Shown here: piece by piece, positions 30,179 through 39,740 of the stretch
How the letters are laid out: every line of letters begins with the position of its first letter
Position numbering within the stretch: position 1 is the first letter of the stretch
Assembly (NCBI GenBank): GCA_037719765.1
Contig: JBBJME010000001.1
Location: 12,967 to 76,966 of the forward strand
DNA: 64,000 nt
Direction: 5' to 3'
From: Planctomycetaceae bacterium
Lineage (GTDB): Bacteria > Planctomycetota > Planctomycetia > Planctomycetales > Planctomycetaceae
Made by a program: the position numbers and the translations under genes
The notes under the pieces: generated by a model
Databases searched by the model: none
What the model was told of the DNA's origin: nothing
Seen by the model: only the letters and a program-made list of their open reading frames with translations

Positions 30179-30206
30179 TTGACGGGCAGCGGAAAACATA
30201 CATAAT
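30179..30206 (+). promoter_or_regulatory. Sigma-70-like promoter candidate (TTGACG - 16 nt - CATAAT)
   Basis: Read directly from the sequence. It lies about 195 nt upstream of tRNA-Gly in a non-coding stretch. Confidence 0.3.
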
Positions 30207-30400
30207 CCGCGGCGTGCAAGGGTCTGTGGGGCGAACCGGGGAACTTTGCGGCTGTCTGTTTTCGCATCTCAAGGGCGATTTTTGCATGTCGTGAGGCTTC
30301 TCGAAACCGCTATTTTTGAGCGAACCCTTTCAGTGGGTGGCTAAGACGGACGACAGTTTCGTTACAATTTGATCGTGTTCCCGCTGGGAACATTTGCATT

Positions 30401-30473
30401 GCGGGTGTAGCTCAGTTGGTAGAGCACGACGTTGCCAACGTCGTTGTCGAGGGTTCGAGTCCCTTCACCCGCT
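30401..30473 (+). tRNA. tRNA-Gly (anticodon GCC)
   Basis: GCGGGTG-TA-GCTC-AGTTGGTA-GAGC-A-CGACG-TTGCCAA-CGTCG-TTGTC-GAGGG-TTCGAGT-CCCTT-CACCCGC-T. This is a full cloverleaf. CCA is not encoded, and a T-tract follows. Confidence 0.95.
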
Positions 30474-30585
30474 TTTTTCGTTGCCTCCTGAAGCAACAGT
30501 GGGCTTTCGCCGATGCAAGCCAAAGCATACTGAGGCAAATTCGACGCAGGCTCGGCAGTTTGGAAGATCTTGAAAAGGTTGCAGA

Positions 30586-32058
30586 ATGAGTTCTGACGTA
30601 GCAGGGCAGGCATTAGCCGACGGCGAAGAGACCGATTCTCGCATGGCGTTGAAAGTTGAGATCAAGGAAATTGGTGCTTGCCGCAAGCACATTTCTGTGA
30701 CCGTGCCAGAAGCTGATATTCGTACAATCCGCAACGATGCGCTCGGGGAATTAGCCAAAAAGGCTGAGGTTCCAGGCTTCCGCGTCGGCAAAGTGCCGAT
30801 TGCGTTGCTGGAAAAGCGATTTAAGAAAGAGATCACCGCCGACATCAAGCAAAAAGTCTTGATGGCGAGTCTTGAACAGCTTTCCGACGAAAGTAAGATC
30901 GAGCCGATCAACGAACCGCGAATCGACGTTGAAAGTCTGGACATTCCAGAATCTGGTGACTTTCACTATGAATTTGAAGTAGAAGTCCGACCGGAATTTG
31001 ATTTGCCGGATTATACCGGCATTGCCATCAATCGCTCCATCGCCGAACCAACCGCGGAGGAACTGGAAGAATATAAAGAGCAGTTTCTTGATTCCTATGC
31101 CGAACGAGTGACTGTTGATGAGCCAGCCGCGGCGGGTGACTATGTCATTTGTGACTTGACCTTCGTGCATGACGGCAGGACGATTCGCGAAATCAGCGAG
31201 CAGAGTCTGCGGGTGATGTCGCAGCTGGACTTCCCTGACGCCGTTCTGGACGGTTTCGATAAGCTCATGGTGGGTACGAAAGCGGGCGAGACTCGCACGG
31301 CGAACATTCAGATTTCGCTGCAGTCGCCAATCGTTGAAATGCGTGGCGAAACAGTGGTGGCGACATTTGAAGTCACGGAAGTTCAGCAATCCCAAAGACC
31401 AGTGATCGACAAGGAATTCTGCGAAAGATTGGGGGCTGACAGCGAAGAGGCCCTGGATGATCTCCTGCGCAGTTCGATGACTCGCCAGTTTGAGTATCAG
31501 CAGCGTCAGGAAACTCGCCGCCAGGTTCTGGACAAGATCATGGCCTCGGCTGACTGGGATCTTCCGGAATCACTTGTGCGTCAGCAGACCGAAAACGCAC
31601 TGCGGAGAGAAATGCTGGAGATGTCTCAGGCTGGTTTCACTCGCGAACAGATCATGGCGCGCGAGAATAAGATCCGGCAGGATGCACTGGCCACAACGAC
31701 GCAGGCGCTTAAAGAACACTTTGTGCTCGACAAGATCGCGACTGTGGAAGAGATTGAATGCCTGGAATCCGATATTGAACGCGAAATGCTGACGATGTCG
31801 TTTCAGAGTGGTGAACCTGTGCGACGCATTCGGGCGCGCTTTGCAAAGTCAGGTATGATTGAGAACCTTCAGGCTCAGCTTCGTGAACGCAAAGCTGTGG
31901 ATTTCATCCTGGAACGAGCAACATTTGTAGATGTACCACGGGAACCACAGAAGAAGCAGGATCAGGCTTCAGCGCGTTTTGCGATCTGCGGTAACATGAA
32001 TTCCAGCCTGATCGATGATTCTGCAGTCACTGCTTCCGCTGACGACGAATCTGCATAA
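30586..32058 (+). CDS. tig: Trigger factor
   Basis: Domain order and sequence are typical of trigger factor (KVEIKEIGACRKHISVTVP..., central PPIase-like region, helical C-domain). It sits upstream of clpP. An alternative start is ATG 30643. Confidence 0.9.
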   Translation: MSSDVAGQALADGEETDSRMALKVEIKEIGACRKHISVTVPEADIRTIRNDALGELAKKAEVPGFRVGKVPIALLEKRFKKEITADIKQKVLMASLEQLSDESKIEPINEPRIDVESLDIPESGDFHYEFEVEVRPEFDLPDYTGIAINRSIAEPTAEELEEYKEQFLDSYAERVTVDEPAAAGDYVICDLTFVHDGRTIREISEQSLRVMSQLDFPDAVLDGFDKLMVGTKAGETRTANIQISLQSPIVEMRGETVVATFEVTEVQQSQRPVIDKEFCERLGADSEEALDDLLRSSMTRQFEYQQRQETRRQVLDKIMASADWDLPESLVRQQTENALRREMLEMSQAGFTREQIMARENKIRQDALATTTQALKEHFVLDKIATVEEIECLESDIEREMLTMSFQSGEPVRRIRARFAKSGMIENLQAQLRERKAVDFILERATFVDVPREPQKKQDQASARFAICGNMNSSLIDDSAVTASADDESA

Positions 32059-32077
32059 ACTTGACTGTTCGCAACAG

Positions 32078-32115
32078 ACAGGCGCGCGTAGGATTACGCG
32101 GCGCCTGTTTTTATT
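32078..32115 (+). terminator. Rho-independent terminator after tig
   Basis: ACAGGCGCGCGTA-ggat-TACGCG(g)GCGCCTGT followed by TTTTTATT. That is 13 bp with one bulge. Confidence 0.7.
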
Positions 32116-32172
32116 GGCAGTAACCAGATCTTATTCTTCAAAGACGTAACTGAATACAGCAGGATCAAGCGA

Positions 32173-32784
32173 ATGAAGGACCCGCGATTCGAATATAGGC
32201 CGATGGCAGCAAGAGAATATTCCGCCCAACGTCAGATGACGGTCGGCGATCTGCTGCTCGACAATCGGATTATCTTTCTCGATGGACCGATTCATGACGG
32301 CAGTGCAAATCTTGTCATCATGAAGATGTTATTTTTGCAGTCAGAGAATCGCCATCAGGACATTCATCTATATATCAACTCGCCGGGTGGCTCTGTCACC
32401 GCCACATTGGCAATCTATGACATCATGCAGTTCATAGAGTGTGATGTGGCGACGTATTGCGTAGGGCTGTCAGCCAGTGGCGGTGCAATTCTTGTCGCAG
32501 GCGGTGCGGACGGGAAACGCTTCGCTCTGAAACATTCCAAGATCATGATTCATCAGCCGTACGGGCAGGTGGGCGGACAGGTTTCAGACATCGAAATCCA
32601 GGCACGCGATATTCTGGCCGCCCGACAGCTGCTCAATGAAATCCTGGCCAGTCACACAAAGCAACCGGTTGAAAAGATCGCCAAAGACACGCAGCGCGAT
32701 CACTATCTCACAGCGCTGGAAGCGAAAAATTACGGTCTGGTGGATGAAATTCTTGACCGGAAACCCAGTGACAAGAAGAAATAA
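32173..32784 (+). CDS. clpP: ATP-dependent Clp protease proteolytic subunit, divergent paralog
   Basis: [19 protein letters not shown] (Ser context), IMIHQP (His), RDHYLTALEAKNYGLVDEI (Asp). Confidence 0.9.
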   Translation: MKDPRFEYRPMAAREYSAQRQMTVGDLLLDNRIIFLDGPIHDGSANLVIMKMLFLQSENRHQDIHLYINSPGGSVTATLAIYDIMQFIECDVATYCVGLSASGGAILVAGGADGKRFALKHSKIMIHQPYGQVGGQVSDIEIQARDILAARQLLNEILASHTKQPVEKIAKDTQRDHYLTALEAKNYGLVDEILDRKPSDKKK

Positions 32785-32891
32785 GGCTGGCAAGATCTAA
32801 CTCGCCGCACAGCCAATGACTTTTCATCGCACTGGATGCGATGCCGCAATTGTCCTGACCCTGAACTCTTCATCTCTGCTGGATTCCAGAA

Positions 32892-33479
32892 ATGTCAGTA
32901 CTTGTTCCTTATGTAATCGAAAAGAATGGTCGCGACGAACGCGCGATGGATATCTACAGCCGTCTGTTGAAGGATCGGATTGTGATCCTGGGCAGTGGTG
33001 TGAATGATGACGTTGCAAACAGCATTGTCGCTCAGTTGTTGTTTCTGCAGTTCGACGATCCGAAAGCAGACATTCATCTGTACATTAACAGCCCTGGTGG
33101 TTCTATCACGGCGGGCATGGCGATTTACGATACGATGCAGTACATCAGCTGTGACGTGGCGACATATTGTATCGGGCAGGCCGCCAGCATGGGGGCCATA
33201 CTGCTGACAGCAGGCGCGCCAGGGAAACGCAATGCTCTGCCAAATGCTCGCATCATGATTCATCAGCCTCTTGCTGGCATGGAAGGCACTGCAACAGAAT
33301 TGGAAATCCACGCCAAAGAAGTGCTTCGGATTAAAGCCAGAATGAACGATATTTTGCTGAAACACACCGGTCAGACGCTCAACAAGATTGAAGACGACAC
33401 CGACCGCGACAATTTCATGTCAGCCGAAGAAGCCAAGCACTATAATCTGATCGACAATGTATTGGAGCGACTTACGTAG
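32892..33479 (+). CDS. clpP: ATP-dependent Clp protease proteolytic subunit, canonical paralog
   Basis: [58 protein letters not shown]. Confidence 0.95.
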   Translation: MSVLVPYVIEKNGRDERAMDIYSRLLKDRIVILGSGVNDDVANSIVAQLLFLQFDDPKADIHLYINSPGGSITAGMAIYDTMQYISCDVATYCIGQAASMGAILLTAGAPGKRNALPNARIMIHQPLAGMEGTATELEIHAKEVLRIKARMNDILLKHTGQTLNKIEDDTDRDNFMSAEEAKHYNLIDNVLERLT

Positions 33480-33726
33480 TCGCGAAGCTAGGACTTTGCG
33501 AGCCTCGGCTACCTTGTAAATGAATTCCAAAGGCGACTGGATTCATTCGTTTTCGCCCTGAAGACTCCCGCAGAGAAGATCGGGAAAATCAGGACTTGCC
33601 GCATTACACGCCAAGTTTATTCTCTTGAGTTTTGCTCATCGATGATATCGGCAGGATCGACAGTGGCATGATGAGGCACAGTTTGGATTGACATCGACCA
33701 TGCGATAAAGTCGTCGTGGCCGTCCG

Positions 33727-35235
33727 TCAGTTCGTCAGCCAGCGTCCGATCGCGACACCCAGAGTAGTATCGATGACTCGATCCATTGTTCTGCGATAGT
33801 ACCACCATGGATCAGGATTCAGGTAGATGATGTCGCCGGCGTGGACGAGCACGGTCTCCTGCGGATCGCTGCGAGCGGCAATCAGATCGACTTTAATCAG
33901 GATTGGCATTCCATCGTGACCGGTCCTGTGAACTGTCACCGTTGTTGGCGATTCGATCGGATCAATGTAACCGGCCATCGCAACTGCGGTCACCACGTCC
34001 ACTTCACGATCATCAGGCAGCAGCAGGCCGTTTCCGATTTCCCGATCCCGATCTCCCACCGAGAAGCGAATGCGACTTTGCTCACTCAATGGTCCTACAA
34101 CGTAAAACACTTTATCCTGCCTTCGAGGGACAACCACGACGTCCGAAGCATTCAGCACGACATCGGATTGACTCGCGTGGAAATTGATGCCACGAAGTGG
34201 AATTCGGATAATCGGCAGTCCTGCAGAACATGCGTCTGGCGTCGTGCCGTTAGTTTGTGGACCCTGGTCAGTCGGTGGTTGCTCAGGAACCTGACCCAGT
34301 GAATGCCCGCCGTAACGATAAGAGGGCACCTGAGGACTATGCGGCACTTTCGCGGAATACGATGAGTTGTCCGATTGCAACCACACTTCACCAGTGGCTA
34401 ATGCTGGCGGAGTGACACCAGGGTTATCGCCCGCTGACTGAAAACTCATTCTCTGAATCTCTGACTGAGGCGGGGCCATTTCAACTGCAACGAACTGCTC
34501 GCGGCGGTGAACCTCAATGAAATCCCCGGAGTCTTCCGCAAACCCCTGCGCCGCTGCGAGTGCATGGGCAATGTCATTTTCAAAACGCGGCAGAGCATGG
34601 ACACCAGGCTGCTTGACAGCACCCAACACCAGAACGTTGACAGTCCCTTTTTCTACCAGACTGACCATCGCGCTGGGATTCTGCAGCAGCGTGCCTGAAA
34701 GGGATTCATTTATTTGCTGCTGGGCCTGAGCCAGGGATAAGCCGCCCACCATGACCGGTCCACACCGCGGAAGATGGATCTCTCCATGATCCAGGACGGT
34801 GACCTGAAATGACTGTACGTTGCCATTTGCAATAAGGTCCGGAACTGTCACTTCAAGGCGATCGCCCGGGCCAAGCAGATAGATCGCCGGAGCTGGCCCA
34901 ACCAGGCTTGAGTAATTCAAATGCAAGGAAGTCGTCCGCTGCGGCCAGCGAAATTCATTTGACAGCGTGCTCGCTGCAATTCCTCTCGAGTGGATCGGGG
35001 CATAGCAACCCGTGACCAGAAGGCACAGGAGTCCATTGATCACTGCGACACGGCGAAGGATATGTCTGAGGCGGTAAAATGCCTCCGGTAGAATCGAGCA
35101 ATCGCCCGAACTTGATTGGTTCGCTCCCACACGTTGCTCCAAAACATCCGCAGAGGTTGCGCGAAAGTTGCAGAGGAAAACGGTGAGTGCGTTGCAGCCG
35201 ACGTTGTGGTCCCGACCCTCCATTGAAATCCCCAT
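33727..35235 (-). CDS. Polysaccharide export protein (Wza/Poly_export + SLBB-like), lipoprotein
   Basis: Lipobox LLCLLVTGC. YLLGPGDRLEVTVPDL...GEIHLPRCGPVMVGGLSLAQAQQQINESL is the Poly_export motif, and SLBB-like segments follow. The exact start is uncertain. Confidence 0.8.
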   Translation of the reverse strand: MGISMEGRDHNVGCNALTVFLCNFRATSADVLEQRVGANQSSSGDCSILPEAFYRLRHILRRVAVINGLLCLLVTGCYAPIHSRGIAASTLSNEFRWPQRTTSLHLNYSSLVGPAPAIYLLGPGDRLEVTVPDLIANGNVQSFQVTVLDHGEIHLPRCGPVMVGGLSLAQAQQQINESLSGTLLQNPSAMVSLVEKGTVNVLVLGAVKQPGVHALPRFENDIAHALAAAQGFAEDSGDFIEVHRREQFVAVEMAPPQSEIQRMSFQSAGDNPGVTPPALATGEVWLQSDNSSYSAKVPHSPQVPSYRYGGHSLGQVPEQPPTDQGPQTNGTTPDACSAGLPIIRIPLRGINFHASQSDVVLNASDVVVVPRRQDKVFYVVGPLSEQSRIRFSVGDRDREIGNGLLLPDDREVDVVTAVAMAGYIDPIESPTTVTVHRTGHDGMPILIKVDLIAARSDPQETVLVHAGDIIYLNPDPWWYYRRTMDRVIDTTLGVAIGRWLTN

Positions 35236-35310
35236 GACTATTGCGCAATGTTGGCAGTGTTTCAGGGATTAGTATCGGACCGGATAACCGGAAAAATTAG
35301 ATAAATCTTG

Positions 35311-36316
35311 CTAATTGCCCCAGTTTGCCAGCTGAAGTCGCAGCAGCCCAAGAGTGGTTTTGGCACCGACATTGATGCGGCGGAGTCGACAGGGATTGTC
35401 AAATCTCTGATCATTGACTCCCCTCTGCGTGGTAAAGCCCAGAGACAGGCCCGCTGCCGCCATGGCAGAAACGACGGCATCACTCACTCCGCCGGCAGGA
35501 TATGCCAGAGTGCGTGAGATCTCGTGTCCGATCTGAGTTTTCAGAACCTGACAGGATGTCGTCATTTCCTCGTGAATCTCATCGATCGAAAGCTGATTCA
35601 GCATGGGGTGGGTGTGCGTGTGTGGTGCGAGCGTTACACCTTCGTGATCCAGACGTCGCAGCGCATCAGCTGAGAACGTTGTTGTGTGGCGGGTCAGCGA
35701 CTGCCGCAGCAGCAACAATTTTCCCCAATTGCTGCTGAAACTGACTGTGCGAGATCGTCTTGAAGTATTCCTTCAGGCGGCGAAACAGCTGTTGCCGTTG
35801 ACCTGAAGCAGAAAGCGTTACTGAACCCGTTGACGTGGGAATACTGGTGCCGTCCGGCGACATCTGGATGGCGCGATAAAGCTTGTCCCACCAGAAACCC
35901 ATTGCAGGGTTATCCGGGTATGCCGTCGCCACGAACAGGGTCGCGGGCAGACCGTGCGACTGGAGAACTGGCCATGCATGCCGTGCGAAGTCAACGGTCG
36001 CGTCATCAAATGTCAGTAATACCGAATCTCCAGGCAGAATCCCCGCACCATTGGCGGCAGCAAGAACGTCATTCATCGAGCAGACATGATAATGATTTGC
36101 TATGAATTCAATCTGATCAGCAAATTGTTTCGGCGAGGTGCTGATCAATCCAGGATAATACAGATCACCTGACCTCTGGGCATCGATGCGGTGATAGGCC
36201 AGAACCCGCAGTCGAGCTTTGTTTCGGCTATTCCTTTCAAGTCCTCGCACGACAGGGGCAAATACCCGCGCATCAGTCATTCTTGTCGCCATGGTCTTGA
36301 GAGTTCCGGTGATCAT
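35311..36316 (-). pseudogene. Polysaccharide deacetylase (CE4/NodB-like) split by one frameshift near 35690-35720
   Basis: ORF 35666..36316 carries LRVLAYHRI...LLTFDDATVDFARHAWPVLQSHGLPATLFVAT. ORF 35311..35718 carries the second half in another frame (LSADALRRLDHEGVTLAPHTHTHPML...LAYPAGG). Confidence 0.75.
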
Positions 36317-36376
36317 CGTGTTGGCCTTCTGTCTGGGATTTCGGTTTCAGCTGCGGAGTATCGCGAACCGCAGACT

Positions 36377-37282
36377 TCAGGATGCATTCGCTTGTGTGAG
36401 GCCGGAAACTGCGAACTGTTTGCGTGGCCGGATGTCGAAGACCTCCGACATCCGGAGATGTTCATTTTCCGGAGAGTTCATGTTCATCCGCTCAAGGATG
36501 CCGGACAGCGTCAGCTCATCGACACCAAATGCATACGATGTCGACTCGATGCTGATTCCGAGCTGGTTTTCAATATCGCACTGGACGCGGTGCGCCATCT
36601 GCTTTGCCTGAGCTTCGCTGGTTTCCGGCAACATCATCAGGAATTGATGGCCGACGCGAACCGCAAGGTCGTGAGATTTTGTTGTCGTCCGAAGAATTCT
36701 GCTGATGCATCCAATCAGGTACTCTCTGCTGAGCGACGCTTCCATTGTTCTCACCAGTTCGGACAAAGCGGCGGGCGTAATGCTCCCAGGATTCAGTGCA
36801 ACGAAAGTGAGTGGGCGTTCGTGCCTCCGGGCTCGACGAATTTCTTCCAGCAGCTGTGGCTCACATTCTCGAAGTCCTCCGACAGTCGCCGCTCTCAACA
36901 CGTCGAGCAGTTGCGCTGAGGTCATGTCAAATTCATCTGTATTCTGAGCAACCTTCAGGCACAGGAACTGAGAAATCACCAGCGCGAGCACTTCTGTCAG
37001 GGCAACCGGAAGTTCGTGCAGATCGACTGAGTAGCCCAGCAGGCATTTTCCGACGATCCACAGAACTCCAAAGCCGCAAGAGGTGAGAGCGAACGGTCGC
37101 CGGCGCAGTTGCGGCATCGCCAGCATGGAGATGCCGGCCACGGTCGCCAGACAATAGACATAGGAAGCCAAATTCACGGCCGGTACAATCCGTTCAATAT
37201 TGAACAAGATGAAGAACCAGCAGAGTGTGGCAGTTGTCCAGAGTCGATGTGTTTTCATGTTTTTGAAACTGAGAGAAACCAT
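36377..37282 (-). CDS. Membrane protein (~4 TM) with C-terminal degenerate GGDEF-like domain
   Basis: LLEEIRRARRHERPLTFVAL...KSHDLAVRVGHQFLMMLPETSEAQAKQMAHRV follows the GGDEF fold pattern. It has VGHQF in place of GGDEF, KSHD at the I-site position, and no D-x-D-x-FK metal site. Confidence 0.55.
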   Translation of the reverse strand: MVSLSFKNMKTHRLWTTATLCWFFILFNIERIVPAVNLASYVYCLATVAGISMLAMPQLRRRPFALTSCGFGVLWIVGKCLLGYSVDLHELPVALTEVLALVISQFLCLKVAQNTDEFDMTSAQLLDVLRAATVGGLRECEPQLLEEIRRARRHERPLTFVALNPGSITPAALSELVRTMEASLSREYLIGCISRILRTTTKSHDLAVRVGHQFLMMLPETSEAQAKQMAHRVQCDIENQLGISIESTSYAFGVDELTLSGILERMNMNSPENEHLRMSEVFDIRPRKQFAVSGLTQANAS

Positions 37283-37399
37283 GGATGATCAGAAAATCTG
37301 GAAAGGCTGTCCGGTTTGTCGTCGTGACTTGATCCTCATGTCACGATTCAGTGCGATCAGCTGGATTGTTTTCGCTACTGCTGCCGGTTTTATGAGCCA

Positions 37400-37415
37400 G
37401 CGATCAGCTGATCGC
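37400..37415. repeat. Perfect 16-bp palindrome GCGATCAGCTGATCGC; its 11-mer GCGATCAGCTG also occurs at 37353-37363
   Basis: Read directly. It lies in the 155-nt spacer between the sugar transferase stop and the start of the GGDEF-like gene. Confidence 0.9.
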
Positions 37416-37437
37416 AGGTCATCTCGATGACAATGTA

Positions 37438-38142
37438 CTAGTAAGCACCTTTGGATTTGACGACGGCGACGACGGTTCGGTAGATGAGGCTGAGATCAAA
37501 CCAGAAACTCCGTTGACGAATATAGGCGATGTCCAGTCGTAAGCGGTCGTCAAAATCCACATCGCTGCGGCCGCTGACTTGCCAGAGCCCCGTAATGCCG
37601 GGCTGGACTTCCAGTCGCTCCGTGTGCCACAGTGTGTAAGTGTTTGCACTGAAGGACGTCGGGCGTGGACCAACTAGACTCATATCGCCGCGGATGACGT
37701 TGAAGATTTGCGGCAGCTCATCGAGACTCGACTTTCTCAGAATGCTGCCGACGCGTGTCACTCGAGGATCATTGCTGATCTTGAAGTCTGGCCAAGTCAA
37801 TTCATTGAGATGACGCAGCTGGTGTTTGATTTCTTCGGCATTGGTGACCATCGTTCTCAATTTGTACATCCGAAATCGGTAACCGCCGCGGCCTGTCCTC
37901 AGCTGCGTGAACAGCATTGGCCCAGGGTTTTCCAGCCACAGGGCGAGTCCACAAATTCCGATGACGGGAAGAAGAAATGGCAGCAGAAGAAAGCAGACCA
38001 CCACATCGAACAGGCGTTTGCTGATATAATAAAGCCAGCCCGGTCCCAATACCGAATGATCCATAGCTCCGGCGGGAGGGTGCATTCGGTGGGAACCGCT
38101 GTACAAGTTGGTTGATTTTGAATGTGTTGCAAGGATTGCCAT
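37438..38142 (-). CDS. Initiating polyprenyl-phosphate sugar phosphotransferase (bacterial sugar transferase family, small WbaP/EpsL type)
   Basis: [19 protein letters not shown] (TM), [45 protein letters not shown]. Confidence 0.9.
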   Translation of the reverse strand: MAILATHSKSTNLYSGSHRMHPPAGAMDHSVLGPGWLYYISKRLFDVVVCFLLLPFLLPVIGICGLALWLENPGPMLFTQLRTGRGGYRFRMYKLRTMVTNAEEIKHQLRHLNELTWPDFKISNDPRVTRVGSILRKSSLDELPQIFNVIRGDMSLVGPRPTSFSANTYTLWHTERLEVQPGITGLWQVSGRSDVDFDDRLRLDIAYIRQRSFWFDLSLIYRTVVAVVKSKGAY

Positions 38143-38434
38143 GAGCCAACCTAATCTACTGAGTGACAGGAATGTGAAGTCACACTTCTTGTGTCGATTA
38201 ACATTTTGTTAAGGCAAAGGCTGTGCCACGGGATGTAGTGTTTGCCTTATAATAGACAAACATTCGTTTTGCGTCTGTTTCCATCTTCTCTGCCCCCAAA
38301 TCTTTCGAGCCCCCTTCGGAGGGATTATCATCGTGCTGTGCCAACTGTTGTCACAGAGCATCAATTCGTTGACGTATCGAAACACGTGCAGTCGCTCTCC
38401 CAAAAAATGCACTCACTATGACTTCATTATGACT

Positions 38435-39740
38435 TCATTTGACAGAGTCAGGCACCACGAGTTGCTTTGTCTTTCCGGGGGACAGGGCCGTCGCGGCTTT
38501 TTTTGCCGGGACTGAATGTTGTGGATTGATTTTCAACGATCCCGATTTTGTCGCAATTCTCGAAACTCGCGACCTCAGCCATTGGCATAGATAGGTCCGG
38601 ATTTCCTCCAGAAACGGACGCAGATCCTTCCTGTTGGCGACGGCATAAATCTTTGGCCCACCCAGAGATTTCAGCCAGCCGCGAAGCGTCAACTGCCCTC
38701 GCTTCCAGGCATACACTGCAGCCTGAATGTCACGCCGCAAATGGACCCATTTCAATTGCTGCGGCTTCTGGACCGCTGCCACAGCCCAATTGTGCCGGAT
38801 CTCTGCGGCATCGCAATACATGCAATACAGCAGTGGAACTCCGCTGGCTTCAGCCATTGCCGAGCGCCCCGTTGGCCGGCCGACGTTTGGTTCAATAATC
38901 AAATAGTCGCCGGTGCGATGATCGCGTTTGAACTCGAGATAGCCAAGACCCGTATATCGAACATGCCTGAAGAAATCGAGCGTCTGCGAGATGACAGTCG
39001 CGTTATCGGATTGACGGGCCAGACTGGCGGTACCGAAACCCGGTGGCCACTGCCGGATCTTCTGTGACGTGTAGCTGCAGACCGGCTTTGAGTTGCGATC
39101 AAAATAGGTGTTGACCGTAAAACAATCCTCGACGTCGCCAGGAATGTATTCCTGAGCTATCAGTGAGTCGGAAAACTGAGAGAATTGATTCCACGCGGCC
39201 ACTAACTCGGCCGCTGAATCCACGCGAATCGCCTTGAGTTTTGTGTTCGCTTCCCATGCGGCGGTCTTCAAAGCAGGCTTCAGGAAAACGGGGAATGAAA
39301 GGTCATCGGCCGCCTGCTCCGCGTCAGAATGCGATTTCAGAATGCGTGTCTTTGGGACTTTGAAGCTGTTCGCTTCGGCGAATCGCGCGAATCTGACTTT
39401 ATCGATCAGTGTCTCCAGAAGTTCCGGCTCGGGCAGGACAAAACTGTACCACGGCAGCAGTTCCTGTTGATGCTTTGAAATGGTCAGCACGCTCAGGTCA
39501 GTGCAGGGGACCAGAACCGGACGTCGCCCGAAGTCTGCGCGAAGCGACAAAAGTCGTTTGACAAGCCGCGCCGGATGTTTCGCACTCGTGAATCGTCTCC
39601 ACTGTATTGGTGCGGCAGCAGAAATGATTGATCCGAGATGCCACGCCAATGACACGTATTCCGAGCTGACTGAAATTACGAGCCGTCTGAAGGCCTGTGA
39701 CGCAATCGAGTCCGATGATAATAACGGGAGGCTGAGCCAC
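38435..39740 (-). pseudogene. ATP-grasp enzyme (COG3919-like), frameshifted near 39565-39585
   Basis: The pre-ATP-grasp N-terminus (VAQPPVIIIGLDCVTGLQTARNFSQLGIRVIGVASR) lies in the frame of ORF 39498..40454. The rest (RPVLVPCTDLSV...FPVFLKPALKT...IAQEYIPGD...LGYLEFKRDHRTGDYLIIEPNVGRPTG) lies in ORF 38435..39763. A possible GTG start is at 39738-39740. Confidence 0.7.

Noticed and set aside
32173-32784. The first ClpP paralog as a catalytically dead pseudo-protease
   Set aside because: Ser (GLSASGG), His (IMIHQP) and Asp (RDHYLTALEA) contexts all appear to be retained, so it is probably active or a heteromer partner.
38209-38412. A 67-aa ORF in the AT-richer gap of the EPS locus, and a 39-aa ORF at 41639-41758, as candidate precursor peptides for the kinase/ATP-grasp module
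   Set aside because: The first has a GTG start, and neither has an SD. The first uses codons that look rare here (ATA, AGA, AGG). Neither has leader/core features I can recognise. They cannot be excluded without expression data, but nothing in the sequence supports them.
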